A stretch of 64,000 nucleotides of DNA, taken from Bigelowiella natans CCMP2755 (lineage: Eukaryota; Protista; Cercozoa). The notes below the pieces were generated by a model. The model did no database searches, had not been told where the DNA came from, and saw only the letters and a program-made list of their open reading frames with translations. Location of the stretch: NCBI GenBank assembly GCA_000320545.1, contig ADNK01000517.1:1556-65555 (forward strand), in the 5' to 3' direction. This document shows, piece by piece, positions 37,601 through 49,056 of this stretch (the stretch's first letter is position 1; every line of letters starts with the position of its first letter). Both the position numbers and the translations under genes were made by a program.

Positions 37601-39602
37601 TCTTGCCGGGGTTCTTCTTCCGTAGCTCGGTAGGTGTAGGTAGCTTGTTGTCCGCTAGGTCCATAAACTCTAACGCATTAACGCTTGACTCAGAGGTCCA
37701 CTCGTCAAGCCGTATCATGTTCTGGCTGATGGTCCTGCCTGACTTCTTTGGCAACTTAGCAAAGTATATCTTGTGATTGTAGAATGATATGATCCCCCCT
37801 AATTTTTCTAGGGCATCCTGTCCGAGGAGTAGTTCCATGGATAAAGTCATGGCTACTCGGGTCTTGATTTGGGTCTCCGCGTCGCTGCCAGGTATCTGTA
37901 GCTTTAGCATTAGCTCACCGACGGTCTTCATGGAAGAGCTTCCGTCTGCTTGAGCATATTTACGTTCTTTCTTAGTCACTTGATCCAATAGTCCTAACCT
38001 TCTTACTGTGCTTAGGCTTATGAAGGACTTCGGCATGCTGCCACTATCCCAAAGGGCAGGTAGTTTCTTGTAGTCTCCGTAGCTGTCTTTAACTTTAACC
38101 TTGGTCATAGCAACTTTGATAGTCCTGTTAGCGTCTTCGTCATTAATGTTGCATACTCCTAAGTTCTTTATGTCGTCTAGGGTCATGGGCTTGTCTTGGT
38201 CCTGCGTTGCTGGTACTGCTGTCTTCGTCGGCGCCTGCTTAAGGTGATCTAATATTCCGTTTATCTGCTGCTGTATAGCATTGATACTGTTCTGCTTTTT
38301 GTTCTTATATTTATTGTTCTTCCCGTTGTTGCTGCCTTGCCATTTGCTGTTGTTATATCCTTGTCCTCTGCCTTTCTTTCTCTTTAACTTCTCGTAGTGT
38401 TCGTTGAGCTGCCTGATCGTCATCCTGGGTCGTCCTTCTTTCCTGTCTCTGCAGTCTTTAGCGGTGTGTTTCCCTTTACGTGAGCAGTATCCGCAACGTC
38501 GGTTACCTTCCCTGTCCTTGTACCAGTCTCGCTGCGGCTTAATAGCGTTAATGTTTCCTATGCCAGGTACCTTAGGGCTGGTAAACTTGCGGTCCTGCTC
38601 CTGCTCGCGTAGGGATATAGCCTGCACTGCTGCCTCCATCGTGGTGTAGCCTTTCTCCGTAACGTAAGTGGATTCCTTTATCTTTAACTTGAACTCTTCA
38701 AACCTTGCCTGATCATCACCTGTGTTGTAATTAAAATCATGTAGTTCGTCGATCATATCCTGGAAGCGCGTGGCAAAGTCTCTAACAGGTTCTCTCTCAT
38801 GCTGCATCATTGCTCTGTATTTTCTAATAGCCTGGGGTAGGGAGTTAGCATCCTGTTCATTTACAAAAGCCTTCATTATCGCCTCAACGTCTCGTAGCCC
38901 ACTAACTGTAGTGTGTATTTTCTCTAGCTGCCTGATCCGGGTCCTGCCTGTCTCGTAAAGGTCCATGGCTTGCTTTATTATAGCTAGCCATTTGAGCTTG
39001 TCGTTTTCGGTGGGGTTAGGGGTAAAGTCGCAGAGTATACTCCTAGCGTTCTTCCACCACCTCCTTGCCTCACCTCTTTTCCCGTTGTATTTCGTTATCA
39101 TAACCGGTGCTGTTTTAACAGACATGAACTGGGTGTTCCGCTGTACCGGCTGCTGCTGCTTGACGGTGCTCTGGGTCGTCCCCCGCGAGGCGCCCAGACC
39201 CCCGTCGTTCCTAAACAAAGCTGCCCACTCTGGAGGTAAGTCTGCTTCGTAATCCATGATGTCCTGCATGATAGCTGCCCAAACATCATGTGTCTGATAC
39301 TTGTATTCTATCGATACTTTCAGTTTGGCGTAGTTGCTCGCCCTGGGTCGCAAGGCTCGTAATGCCATTACGACCTTCTTGCTTTCGGCGGCCACGTCCT
39401 CGTCGTCCGCCTCGTAGAAGTTCTCCAGTGCCTCTGCTGCTGCATCTGCTTTCTTAATCCCGGGTGCTGGTCCCGGCGGTGCCTGTGGAGGTGTTCCTCC
39501 TCCTTCCTTAGCGTCCGTATCGCCCTTCCTTTCCTGTTTCTGCTCGTGCCCTTGCACGGCCTGCGAGCCAAAGTCCTGCTGTTCTTCTAGCTGCTGTGAC
39601 AT
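34629..39602 (-). CDS. Gag-Pol polyprotein, 1657 aa, with extra C-terminal Dam/DIRS-methyltransferase-like domain
   Basis: Zinc knuckle CGYCSRKGKHTAKDC; protease ALWDSGS; RT FPYGL...YVDD; RNase H TDWS..E..TDHKPL..ADYFSR; integrase HHCC, VQID..VDNE..SNSKVER; GPY/F-like region; then 126 extra residues. Confidence 0.95.
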   Translation of the reverse strand: MSQQLEEQQDFGSQAVQGHEQKQERKGDTDAKEGGGTPPQAPPGPAPGIKKADAAAEALENFYEADDEDVAAESKKVVMALRALRPRASNYAKLKVSIEYKYQTHDVWAAIMQDIMDYEADLPPEWAALFRNDGGLGASRGTTQSTVKQQQPVQRNTQFMSVKTAPVMITKYNGKRGEARRWWKNARSILCDFTPNPTENDKLKWLAIIKQAMDLYETGRTRIRQLEKIHTTVSGLRDVEAIMKAFVNEQDANSLPQAIRKYRAMMQHEREPVRDFATRFQDMIDELHDFNYNTGDDQARFEEFKLKIKESTYVTEKGYTTMEAAVQAISLREQEQDRKFTSPKVPGIGNINAIKPQRDWYKDREGNRRCGYCSRKGKHTAKDCRDRKEGRPRMTIRQLNEHYEKLKRKKGRGQGYNNSKWQGSNNGKNNKYKNKKQNSINAIQQQINGILDHLKQAPTKTAVPATQDQDKPMTLDDIKNLGVCNINDEDANRTIKVAMTKVKVKDSYGDYKKLPALWDSGSMPKSFISLSTVRRLGLLDQVTKKERKYAQADGSSSMKTVGELMLKLQIPGSDAETQIKTRVAMTLSMELLLGQDALEKLGGIISFYNHKIYFAKLPKKSGRTISQNMIRLDEWTSESSVNALEFMDLADNKLPTPTELRKKNPGKTIRQITELLDKTPPADDWDIDKGKKYINKILNEKYSDITKPTTKPSSKLTPVKIELKKGYEECIINDPEHRRPEADWEKIEWQINEWAKEGKIEPSNSPWNVRHVLAKKPTYPFFRLAHNFIRHNRVIKRIQTPTPRIDDVIEHVIGYKYYSSLDKNESYMQTPIHKTSRPITAFSSRHRKWHFVVFPYGLSISGDAFSSQNYRAYTHDGMASVLWVFVFVYVDDDIICTNTVVAQIFLLENIFIRFAHFGFTIRLQKCTFLATRIKWCGYYLEQGRITPNPEKVAALQQAPKPKNAKELKSFLQTAAWILRRFSPTYARTAAAFTTAYRKENSVGLSFAKVWAKAGLDAHFDNLIKLCSNTLLNAKLDTTRPATLWTDWSKLGMAAVLTQDQQIIRVWGRACTAAEAKYSPTKGEYKAMTEAQRKLRYYLLSVPSFTLMTDHKPLLGIDRKLEAPNDEYAAMRADTEEFRDKRTVVYAPGDKQLADYFSRLFEKKVPTQVTPMVNAITFEDGDFLPEPEELQHLQEHLDKYKHKHEVLSDRIYVYTNNVRRTYVPRRTRGALLFTAHGPAHVGENHITALLYHYYWPYKLKEIRTYLRGCRCSSLKAAGVATKESSKSRASKKIKARNFLDIVQIDVYKYDGYHYLTFVDVATGKCWVKKIIKVNVAKKNKGLYKQRLTNCYRTWESELQAIPDEVSINKIPKKLHVDNETSLLQLPHPNIDASPVYYAQSNSKVERLHRTLANLSRINSTTPDKIQGLVNDTFTSGGGIKDKEREEGDDNDDDTESEDEKVPYDGRVLKEGQYVRAKVNLRSRNKQDPFWGGVAKVTERKGRKQYYIYDGNRVTLRHISHLKNYDIGEKLLEDVKVNPTVWERAMPCLGPRPKFDVEYGNNKVRVNDDWRMKIVYLGYPGLRNMERVAMKIKDGKYQLLYLAVPDLPFEHWYKVLGDLDAEGWYGHEPKDEGEFWVSDKGDKVREESITWWLVKFRKR

Positions 39603-39613
39603 TGTTAGTCAAA

Positions 39614-39636
39614 TCGTTTCCCGTGTGTGGAAGCCA
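39614..39636 (-). other. Primer-binding site (tRNA 3' end complement, Glu/Asp-like)
   Basis: TGGCTTCCACACACGGGAAACGA begins 5 nt inside the 5' LTR boundary. Its complement TCGTTTCCCGTGTGTGGAAGCCA resembles T-loop, acceptor strand, G discriminator and CCA. Confidence 0.7.
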
Positions 39637-39641
39637 AAGGT

Positions 39642-39967
39642 TGTTGCGCGTAAGGTGTTCACAGGCCGAGGCGCTACGTGCACAAGTAGGCAGGGGGGGG
39701 GAAAGGCACGTTTGCTTCCTTTTGAAGAGTTGTGTTTATTTTTATTAAAGATTATATTTTTATTAAATCGTGCACTGCGTAATCATTCGCGAAGCTTTCG
39801 CGAATGCCGCCGCACGTGGGGCAGCACACTTCCGGTGTGCTGCCATGAGTCCCGCCGGAACCCACGTGCCTATGCTGTATTAATATCTACGTTATCTATA
39901 TTCTATATCCGCGACAACCCCTTTGTTGTCGCACGTGACTTGTGCCCGCGTAGTGGTACGCGCTACA
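39642..39967 (-). repeat. 5' LTR (326 bp)
   Basis: Identical to the 3' LTR and followed by the TCTA target duplication. Confidence 0.97.
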
Positions 39968-40473
39968 TCTAGCTAGCTAGATCTCCGATTCAATGCGTGC
40001 GCCACACTGAACGATGTGCCAATTGCGATGTGCTGCAAGCTTGTTCTAGAATGTTGCACACACATGCATCTGCTACACACGCAGATGAGTCTGAACCATT
40101 CTTGACAGAAATTTGAACTGAAAACTTCCCATTTTCCCCCCCTTGTTCATCAGAGTCTTGTTATTAAGTAGCGACATAGACCAGCCTATCGCCAGACACA
40201 GTAACAGATGGGATTTTTCATCTCCGTGAGAAAAACGGGTAGTAACGGTATTTGGAGTGGACAAATACGGGTAGTGACGGGAGTAGTAATCCTTTCAATT
40301 TTTAACGTTCCACACATAATGATCGATCCCCCTCTCCTTGGACTACCACACCAGCTGCCTGATTAGGTGGCGGCAAGTCATCCTTCATCTCACTTCGTAG
40401 TCCACAGTCTGGATTAAAGCAAATATCTACCGAAGGATACCTCCAAGACCTTATTGGGACATTATAGCGAAAC

Positions 40474-40730
40474 ATGCAAACACTAGAGAGCCTCCTCTCC
40501 CTACCGGGTCGAAACTCACATCCTTCTATTATTTCAAGATCCAAATATGTGCCTACGTTCACAAAATTTACATCTTCATTGGGTTTTAAAATATATTTCA
40601 ACCTGATATCAGAGCCGAAGCAACTTGACCTTGACAAGGACTTCCATCAGAGAACACAAATCCAAACTGACATTAAAGTAACTAAGCCTGCCATGGAGCG
40701 TGCCATGGGTGGAGAGCGCGTGCATACACA

Positions 40731-40818
<88 letters not shown>

Positions 40819-43800
40819 CAATCCCTCACTGACTCACCGACGTATAAATACATACCATACAACAGAAACTGGTAGAACAGACTGAAGAGGATATCCACTC
40901 AACCAGCTACTTGTCCACGGAACGGGAACAACTACGCCGGCAAATAGCCGCTCAGAAGAATCGAAACCAAATTACAGAGGAAAAGTTGCAGGTATTAACC
41001 TTGCTGTATGGAATAATATGAAGAATTTATAGTATACTGACAACCTACGACATACGGAAAACACACACACACACACAATAGAGCCTCAGACGAAGGGACC
41101 AGGAAACAGGGCGGCAGCTGACTGCGTTCCAGGTCGCTGATGATGACCTGGAGAAGAAGATATCTACATTGAATCAAAAGATGGAGATAAGAAGAAATGA
41201 CTATAGAAAAATTGCAACGGAACTGCAGCAATATCAGAGAATATTTGATATATCACCTCGCTCATCGCTTTCATCACCACGATCGAAGCAACGTGATGGA
41301 AATAAGTTGGCGCATGACGGAAAGGAGTTGAGCGATACAAAGAACGGAGAACAAGAGGGTGATGGGGCAGAAGACAGGAGCTGGAACAGCATACAAACGT
41401 ATTTCAAAAGTGCTTGTGAGAAGGTTGAACTCCTGCACCATAAACAACAGTTGGCGAAACTTATGGCTTCTCGGCCCCTTTCTCTGTCCGAGAGGATGTT
41501 CCTCAAGGAGTTGTCTGTGTTCCAGAAGAAAACAGAGGTTGGTTGTTGGGGTTATTGTCGTAGTGGTGGTGGTGGTGGTGGAGCGGCGACGGTGTTGATA
41601 TTTTCCGAGTTCGCATAGTGGGGAAAGATATCGTCTCTCCTTTGAGTATCGTGTTTCTTGAGGAAGGTCGTATATGAAAGCAACTGTCACCACCTTTCTT
41701 ATCAAGCGTACTGGTTCTTATTATTACTTCATAGGTGGACCAGAAGGCTGTCATATGGAATCAGAGAAGGTGCGCTGCAGTAATGACGCGCCTTGCCAAG
41801 ATTCACGAAGAGAAGATAAATCAGCTCCAAGAGGTAGAGAGCAGTAAGGTGTTTGGCATCATCGATTGCATACGACAGAAGAAGATGCGTATGGGCCATT
41901 GGCCGACGACCAAGAAACCAAGCTGCGAGTCAGTTTCTTCCTCTTCTCCTTCCTCCCTGTCACCGTTCCTGGTGAATCTCTATTATAACTTCTTCGGTAA
42001 ATACTGGGAGGTTCGCACGAGGCTGTCGCAGAAGCAAGCACATGCGAGGATGTTCGTACGATGGCGATCTTTAACTTTCCGGCGGCGCAAACTAAGATCC
42101 ACATGTAGAGGGTGTGTTGCTCTGCGTGATAGGTTGTTGGCCTCCACGAGCCTACGAAAATGGCGAAGGAAGTCTTACGAGCACAAGAAGCGGAGGATGC
42201 ATGTCTTCAGCGAAGATATTCGGGCACAGATTCGAGAAACTCAGGTATGTGTTGTTTTTGACATCTGCTGCTGCGTTCAAAGTAGTAATAATGATATCAA
42301 TTTTGTTTTTTTGTAAGTTAAATATTCTAGTAGTCGTTGTTTCTCGATGCTGCGATCCGAACTGACTTTCAGGCTGTTTCTACGACAACGACAGACCCCT
42401 TCTCCCTTCATCCCTTGTAAACCTGTTACTTCTTCCTTTTGTGTTCAGGAGAAGACGGAACGTGTTAGACGAGGGAACAGCGCACTGGCTGAGACTCGAA
42501 GAAGGAAATTGAGGACCATCGGGCTACGAATATGCGCGGACTTTCTCCAAACCGTGCGTAGAAAGAAGCTTACCGTCGCCCTTCTCCAGTGGAAGCAACT
42601 CAAAAGCACTCAGCTCATGGAAGAAGTAGCCTGTGAAACAAGGCATTTTGCTGCCAGCTACCAGGCGGACATCTCCCTCGCGCAGAAGTTCGCAAGCCTG
42701 ACAATCACGACCATGCAACACTATTCTCTTCAACGAGCGGGGATCAAGGCTTACTACCGCTGGTTGGGCGCATATCGAACCATAGCAGCAGCCAGACAGT
42801 CTGCTTCACGAGCTAAGAGGCACCACCGCCGTGCGCTCCTCCAAAGCTCCATTACTTCCTGGAGGCGAGCGGCCGTGAAAATCGACACGCTGCGGCTACG
42901 CATGCAAGTGTGTCGCAAGATGAACGAGGAGAGGCTCCTACGCTGCACCTTCTCGAGCAATTGGAAAATCTTAACGGAGAGACGGAAGCGAGCCAGATAC
43001 CTCCTGCAGAAATACATGATATCAAGAAAGTCGCGTAGATTATGTAGAACTGCATTGTCAGTTTGGCAACGTTACGCAGATAGCTCACACATATCAACAA
43101 CAATGGCAAAATCTAACCAAAGACAAGACGGCCTCCGCCAACCTAGTAACCAGGAGGGTAAAACCACCCGAATACTACTAACATCTCGTATGGAAAGTCA
43201 TAGTGATAACCAAATATCCACCCCAGATCACGGGCGTGATCCTTCCTATTCCCCTCTTGCACCATCTGCCTCTAATAGCAGCATCAAAAATATTATGGAG
43301 GCGGAGACTACGAAGATTAGGGCAAAAATCAGTCAATTATCCTTCGGGATGGCCCAAATGAGGATTGCGGAAAGGAAGCGGTTTCTCGCGAAGAGAGTGC
43401 GCCTCTACTCGGAAAAGAGCCTATTACTCCACAGTTTTTCAGTATGGAGAGGACACCACACTAAGAGACGAACACTCCGTATCGTGATGTGTAAGCGGGT
43501 GGCGAGGATGAAACGAAATACGTTATTTCGCTGGGGCATTTGCTCCGCCTCCCGAGCATATGAAAAGGCCGAAGCTGAACGCAAGGCCTCCCTGCAAGCT
43601 CTTCAAAGGCGTCTGCGTGAAGCAAAGGAAAAGAGCAAACGGCTAGGAGAATGTTTGGCGATGATGAGGCACGAACCGCATGCCGAATGCCTAGAGCAAG
43701 AAGTTCTCCTCAATGCAGACCTCAAAGCCAAATCAGAACAAAACCTTGCTCTGGAGCAGAAGTTAAGGGTTCTGAAAGCTGAGAACATGAAGATGGCGAG

Positions 43801-43933
43801 TTCTTTGGAGAACACCAGGCGAGAAGGGCGGTTTTTGCAAAGGAAACTCGGCGTTTCAAAGCTGAGACGCTCTGGTGAAAAAATTACTTCAGTGTTCAGC
43901 TCAAAGATTAAGGATCTCATGTACCGCTCGTGA
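40474..43933 (+). CDS. Basic coiled-coil protein with Sfi1-like Trp repeats (putative centrin-binding), multi-exon
   Basis: Recurrent LL-x3-[FLI]-x2-W[RK] units: LLASTSLRKWRR, LLQSSITSWRR, LCRTALSVWQR, LLLHSFSVWRG. C-terminal coiled coil. Start uncertain. Confidence 0.55.
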
Positions 43934-44089
43934 TCTGAACGTGCAGGTCTTCAAGCAGATGCGCATCTTTTGCGGTGCGACACACTGCGCGTGCCGCACG
44001 ACATCGACAACAGGGCATGGATGCTTTTGAATGCATGAAACACACAATGGACATCGTAGCGGAGACCAACAGATTCAACATTAGTGCTG

Positions 44090-44440
44090 TGGCCGTTGCA
44101 TATTGCACAGCTACATGAGGATGACCATTGAACAAATTTGATTATTGATTCATCACATCCGTCTTACAAATGGGCGAGACATGTACAGATGCAACCGCGC
44201 TGCAGCCGCTGCTTGGCACAGCATTGCATGCATTGCATAGGATGACCATTGAAAAGATGCAATCACTTCATCACATGCATTGCACCCGTCTCATGCACAC
44301 ATACGTTCATGGTATCCGCTGCAACAACACGCACGCTGACATGTGAGACGGATGTCATGAATTGATCAAATCTTTCCAATTGTAATGGTCATCCCAATCC
44401 ATACCAATGTAGCTGTGCAAAGCTGCTGCGGCTACATGCA
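44090..44440. mobile_element. Degenerate foldback/MITE-like element: two direct arms plus one inverted arm
   Basis: GGATGACCATTGAA...TTCATCACA...CCGTCT at ~44119-44168 and ~44239-44294. Inverted arm GTGAGACGGATG...AATGGTCATCC...TGTAGCTGTGCAA at ~44343-44420. Same family as 4164-4410. Confidence 0.7.
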
Positions 44441-45155
44441 TGCTAGCATGCAGCGCTCATGTTGTGTCATGTGCATGAGGCTGCTAGCACGCTGCTGTAT
44501 ATAGCACGGGCAATGCGGCAACTTTGAAAATCGTGCTTCGCGCGCGGCGATCCATGCGCCCTCCGATCCCGGCCCTAGCTAGTTAGTAGACTGCTACACA
44601 ACGTCAGGCGGCAGCCATCACATGCTAGCATCATGGTCTACATAGATGAAATTGTTTTGTGCACTGCCTACGAATCCCGCTAGCATAATTAGCCAGCTAG
44701 CAGCAGCCCGCAGCGACTGGTGATGTGCATCACATATATCATGACGTAGTGCCACCACTGCCACCACACGCACGAGGCCTCCCACGTACTATCATTGCTT
44801 CCACCGCCAGATATTGAGTATGCTAAGCTAGAAATAAACCACGTTGGAATATTATTTGATGAATAACAATAATTCTCATTTAGCAGCAGAATTAAACAGG
44901 CCTCTTCGCTCCGGATTCGAAGAAAACATTATGTTATGGTGATTTATTGTGCTCGGATCCGCGTTAGGCGAGGTTGTTTGGAGGACAGAATATAAAATGA
45001 GGTATCCAATGTACTTTACACTAATTTCCTCAACACTCTCAAGAAGAACCCTCTTCGCCCTTTGTAGCACCTAAATTATATGCCCTTTGCATTAGGATTT
45101 TCCCCTGATTTTTCAGAAAACGCGTCGAGCAACAATTTGCCACATTCTAGCCATT

Positions 45156-46507
45156 CTATGACAAGCATGCTGGGGTGTTGCGAAATCTCTGCGAACGATT
45201 TCCTATCACTACTACGAACAGGTCTAGTACTGCTAGTCTTCTTTTGCTCCTACCTTCTCCTTCTCCTCCTGCTTTAGTTTTCTCGTCCACGTCATCTTTC
45301 TGCGCATCCTGCTCCCCAACTTCCTTCCCTTCTTCCTGCTTTGCCATTTGGTTCTCACCTTTCTTTTCCGCTTCTCCTCCCTTTGACGATTTCTTCTTGT
45401 CGCCATCACCGTCGTTGCTTTTATCGTTGTCACTATCTCTGCCTTCGTCCGAAGAGTCTCCCTTCTAAGGAATATAAGGAAGCACCATGCGCTTTATATC
45501 AAACAAGCTTGTTCATTGCCTATACACTCCTTCTCAATAACATTTTCTCTGTGGAACGGACGGACCTTGCTCTTTTCTTCCTTCTCCTTTTTCTTCTTAG
45601 ATGATTTTTTCTTGGATTTCTTCCTCTTTCTATCCCTGCTTGGTGATCGACTCGATGATGACCTAGCGCTCCGGCTGCTGCTTCGACTCCTGCTGCGGCT
45701 GGAGCTTCTGGAACGACTGCTTTGTTCGGAGGAAATAATAGAAACATCCGTTATCCCCATACATACACCACTCGATTTTAGGTTCTCCTTTCAAAACGGG
45801 GGGAGTGTGGAGAAGCAGTGTCACTAACCTATAGTTCCGCCTACTTCTTCCGGAATAGCGATCCCTGTGTTACAGAAAAAACAGCATATCAATATGTGCT
45901 CACCATTATCATCATCATCATCGTTCTCTCACCGGTAATACATAATATACGTAGAAATTGATAAACAATGAAGTTGGATGTGGTTTCCTATCAAGAAAAA
46001 CCTCCGGCTGCTTGTGTTATCTCGCCCGCCCCTAGAAAAACAGAGTCGAATGACCATCATCATCGTGTCAAATTTGGTGCGGCAGAATATTCTAATTGAG
46101 GAGGGAGGGGAATTGCTATGCGAACGTGTTGCTGCTTACACACCGGCGCCCTCTGTCTACTTTGGCCCATTCCACGGATATACGATTGCCATCCAGCTTC
46201 GTGCCATCCATCTCATCCTTCGCATACTCTGCGTCTTCGGAGCGATCGTATTCCTGCGCTCGTTTAAGAGCAGATTTCCAGATTAATGAGGACGAGGGAG
46301 ATGATGAAACTGGAGTGGTTCTACAAAAGAAGTTCCTCTCACATTCTCTCTCTCTAAACGCAGCAGAGCTTGACTTACAATAAACGCGAATCCATCCTTG
46401 ATCTGTAGGTCACAGATACGGCCAAACTCGCGAAACGTGTCCTCCAGGTCACGGGCAGAGGTGCGCCGATATAGGTTGCCGATGTAAAGTCGGTAGAGTC
46501 GAGGCAT
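45156..46507 (-). CDS. SR-type splicing factor (RRM plus RS/Lys-rich tail), multi-exon; 3' end uncertain (may extend to ~44876)
   Basis: RLYIGNLYRRTSARDLEDTFREFGRI..KDGFAFI, EDAEYAKDEMDGTKLDGNRISVEWAK, and SRSRSSSRSRSRS. Confidence 0.85.
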
Positions 46508-46900
46508 CCTTCGGATAGGAATGCGTCAGGAGTTCGTGTTCGCCGCTACTAGCTTCCTTGCTTCTTGCTCTTTGAGACTCCCGCGCGCTGGAGATCGATG
46601 GAGGAAAGGTGCGACTGCGCGGCGCTGAGGGATAAAATAAGTGCGTGAAAACCGACTGGGCCCAAACAATATTAGAAAATATTTCATGCGGAATATATCT
46701 TACACTGCCATCCTCCTATAATCATATCAGACTCGTGAAGCAGACATTGGATTGTTGAGGGAACTGTTGGATTTCGATAGGACATCTTAGGCCTAATAAT
46801 TTGCCATATGATCGGAAGCTGTGCGTGTTCTTTTAGTACAAATATCATCGATAGAACTTCCTAATACGCCATCTCACCTAGTTCCGGCCGACCGAACCCA

Positions 46901-47182
46901 ATGGAGCCCTCAGCTCTGGTCACGAAGGCTAAGCTCGCGGAGCTTGCCCATCGATACTCAGGTAGATCGCATTTTAAGAACGTAGGGAATGTACGTTAGA
47001 GAAGAAACTACATCGAATGAATGAACTTTATCCATGGCTTTCCCCTCTTCCACCCACAATCTTACGTTTCTGAAGATATGATGGACTTGATGATACGGGT
47101 TGCGGAGAAAAAGACGACAGAATTCAGCGTCGAGGTGAGCTGTTATACTTTGTTGATACTACAAGGCTTCTCTTGATCAGTG

Positions 47183-47222
<40 letters not shown>

Positions 47223-47459
47223 CATAATCAGGAGAGGAATCTCCTTGGCATTGCTTGCAAGAATGTGCTGTCAGCCCGAAGGTTTTGTGATTTTGGCACA
47301 TTTTCTTTCTTCCCCTCTCAGCGTCTCTAATACTTCAGGGTCTCGTGGCGCATTCTAATGCTTAAAGAGACGAATTTGCTATCGGTTATTGCCGCCTAAT
47401 TGCTTGTCTAACTCCACAACATTTAGTGGCAGGAGATATCAGATAAAACTAGTTGCGTA

Positions 47460-47498
<39 letters not shown>

Positions 47499-48381
47499 CG
47501 TTTTATTACTTGGTGACGAAATAGCAAAGCATGCACACTGCGAAGCCACCGCCGCAGAAGGCCGTTAGCTCAGCCCAGCAGAGGGATGGAAAGGATGTAA
47601 AGCATAGCGAGCAGCAAACGGATAGAAAGACACAAATAGACCAGCTCAAGAGCGTTGCTAGATGCTGCCGACAATACCGTTTGGAGGTGGAGAAAGAGAT
47701 CTCCCAAATCTCCGATCGAATCATCTCAATAATCACCGCACACCTTCTACCGAAGCTGCACCCCGGAATAGGCGAGCTTGTAAAGCTGGTAGTCGGCACA
47801 ACATCACCCACACACCACGCACATATGCACTCGCATACGTGCGCATAGGCTATCTCTGATAACATGGGCAGGTATAGATCAAAACTGTAATTCTCCTAAC
47901 CTATTATGTGTCTTCACGAAGTTTGAAGTAAATGCACGGAAACGGTACAAGAGCAGCGTAAAAGGTATACTACTACTACTACTACTACACTACTACTTCT
48001 GCAACGACCTATTTCTCCTTCTATTATTGCATGTTAGTCCTTGATTTTGCCGCCTGGTATTACTTTTACTGCGTGAGCAGATCTCGAGGACGAGCTCAAG
48101 AACCTCCTTCAAAACAAGGCGGTCAGCAGCCAAGATACTACACAATATGATAATGATGATGATGATGATGGCTAGTGTGATGATGAGGCGATTGCGGAGC
48201 TGCTGTAGATGTTTGTAGCGGAGCAATGACAACAACCTTTAGTTGCAATTAGTTGATGTGGAGGAAATAATTATTTTCTCCTTCCTCTCTCTTTAGGGAG
48301 GCGAGATAATACTTAGATTCCTCAACCCGGAGAGCATCACCTTCTTCTTCAAAATGATGGTCGAAGGCTTCATATATATAC

Positions 48382-48424
<43 letters not shown>

Positions 48425-48722
48425 TTTCACAAACCAATTCATCCAATTGATCATCGCAAGCTGTATGTTGCATGCTGTTCTTGCTTCCTCCTGGTCTCGG
48501 TCCTTCCTCATTATTATCATCATCATTTCACAGGGCGACATCTATAGATATCTAGCAGAAACAGCCTGCACCTTTCGCTCTAGAACGACATACAGCGAAG
48601 GTGCGTTTGTTCCCTGCCTCGTCAGCACCATCATCGTCAATGCATTATTCCATGCAGGAGAAGCTGTGGGTGGCAGTGTGGACTCTAGCTTGGCCCTTGC
48701 TTTTTACTACCTGGCGTCAGAG

Positions 48723-48753
<31 letters not shown>

Positions 48754-49025
48754 CAGTAGTAAAAGCAGCTGCTCTCTCACATCTTGATCTATTGTATTCG
48801 GACGATATTATGTGGAAGAAGAAGAAGAAGAAGTGGGTTGATGTTCTTCTTGAAGGGCAGGAGGTGCATTTATCCTCAGGGTAGTGTCGTACATTGCACG
48901 AATGAACATGTCTACGACATGGTTAGGTAGCTAAAGCGCACTTAGCGCCCAGCGATCCAATACGCCTTGGACTCGCACTCAATTTCTCAGTCTTCTATCA
49001 CCAGGTAGTCCCTGTTAATAATTAC

Positions 49026-49056
<31 letters not shown>

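Larger units (their letters stand above)
34252..39967 (-). mobile_element. Intact Ty3/Gypsy LTR retrotransposon, 5716 bp, 4-bp target duplication TCTA
   Basis: Identical 326-bp TG...CA LTRs. TCTA at 34248-34251 and 39968-39971. PBS, PPT and a single ORF in Gag-PR-RT-RH-IN order. Confidence 0.97.
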
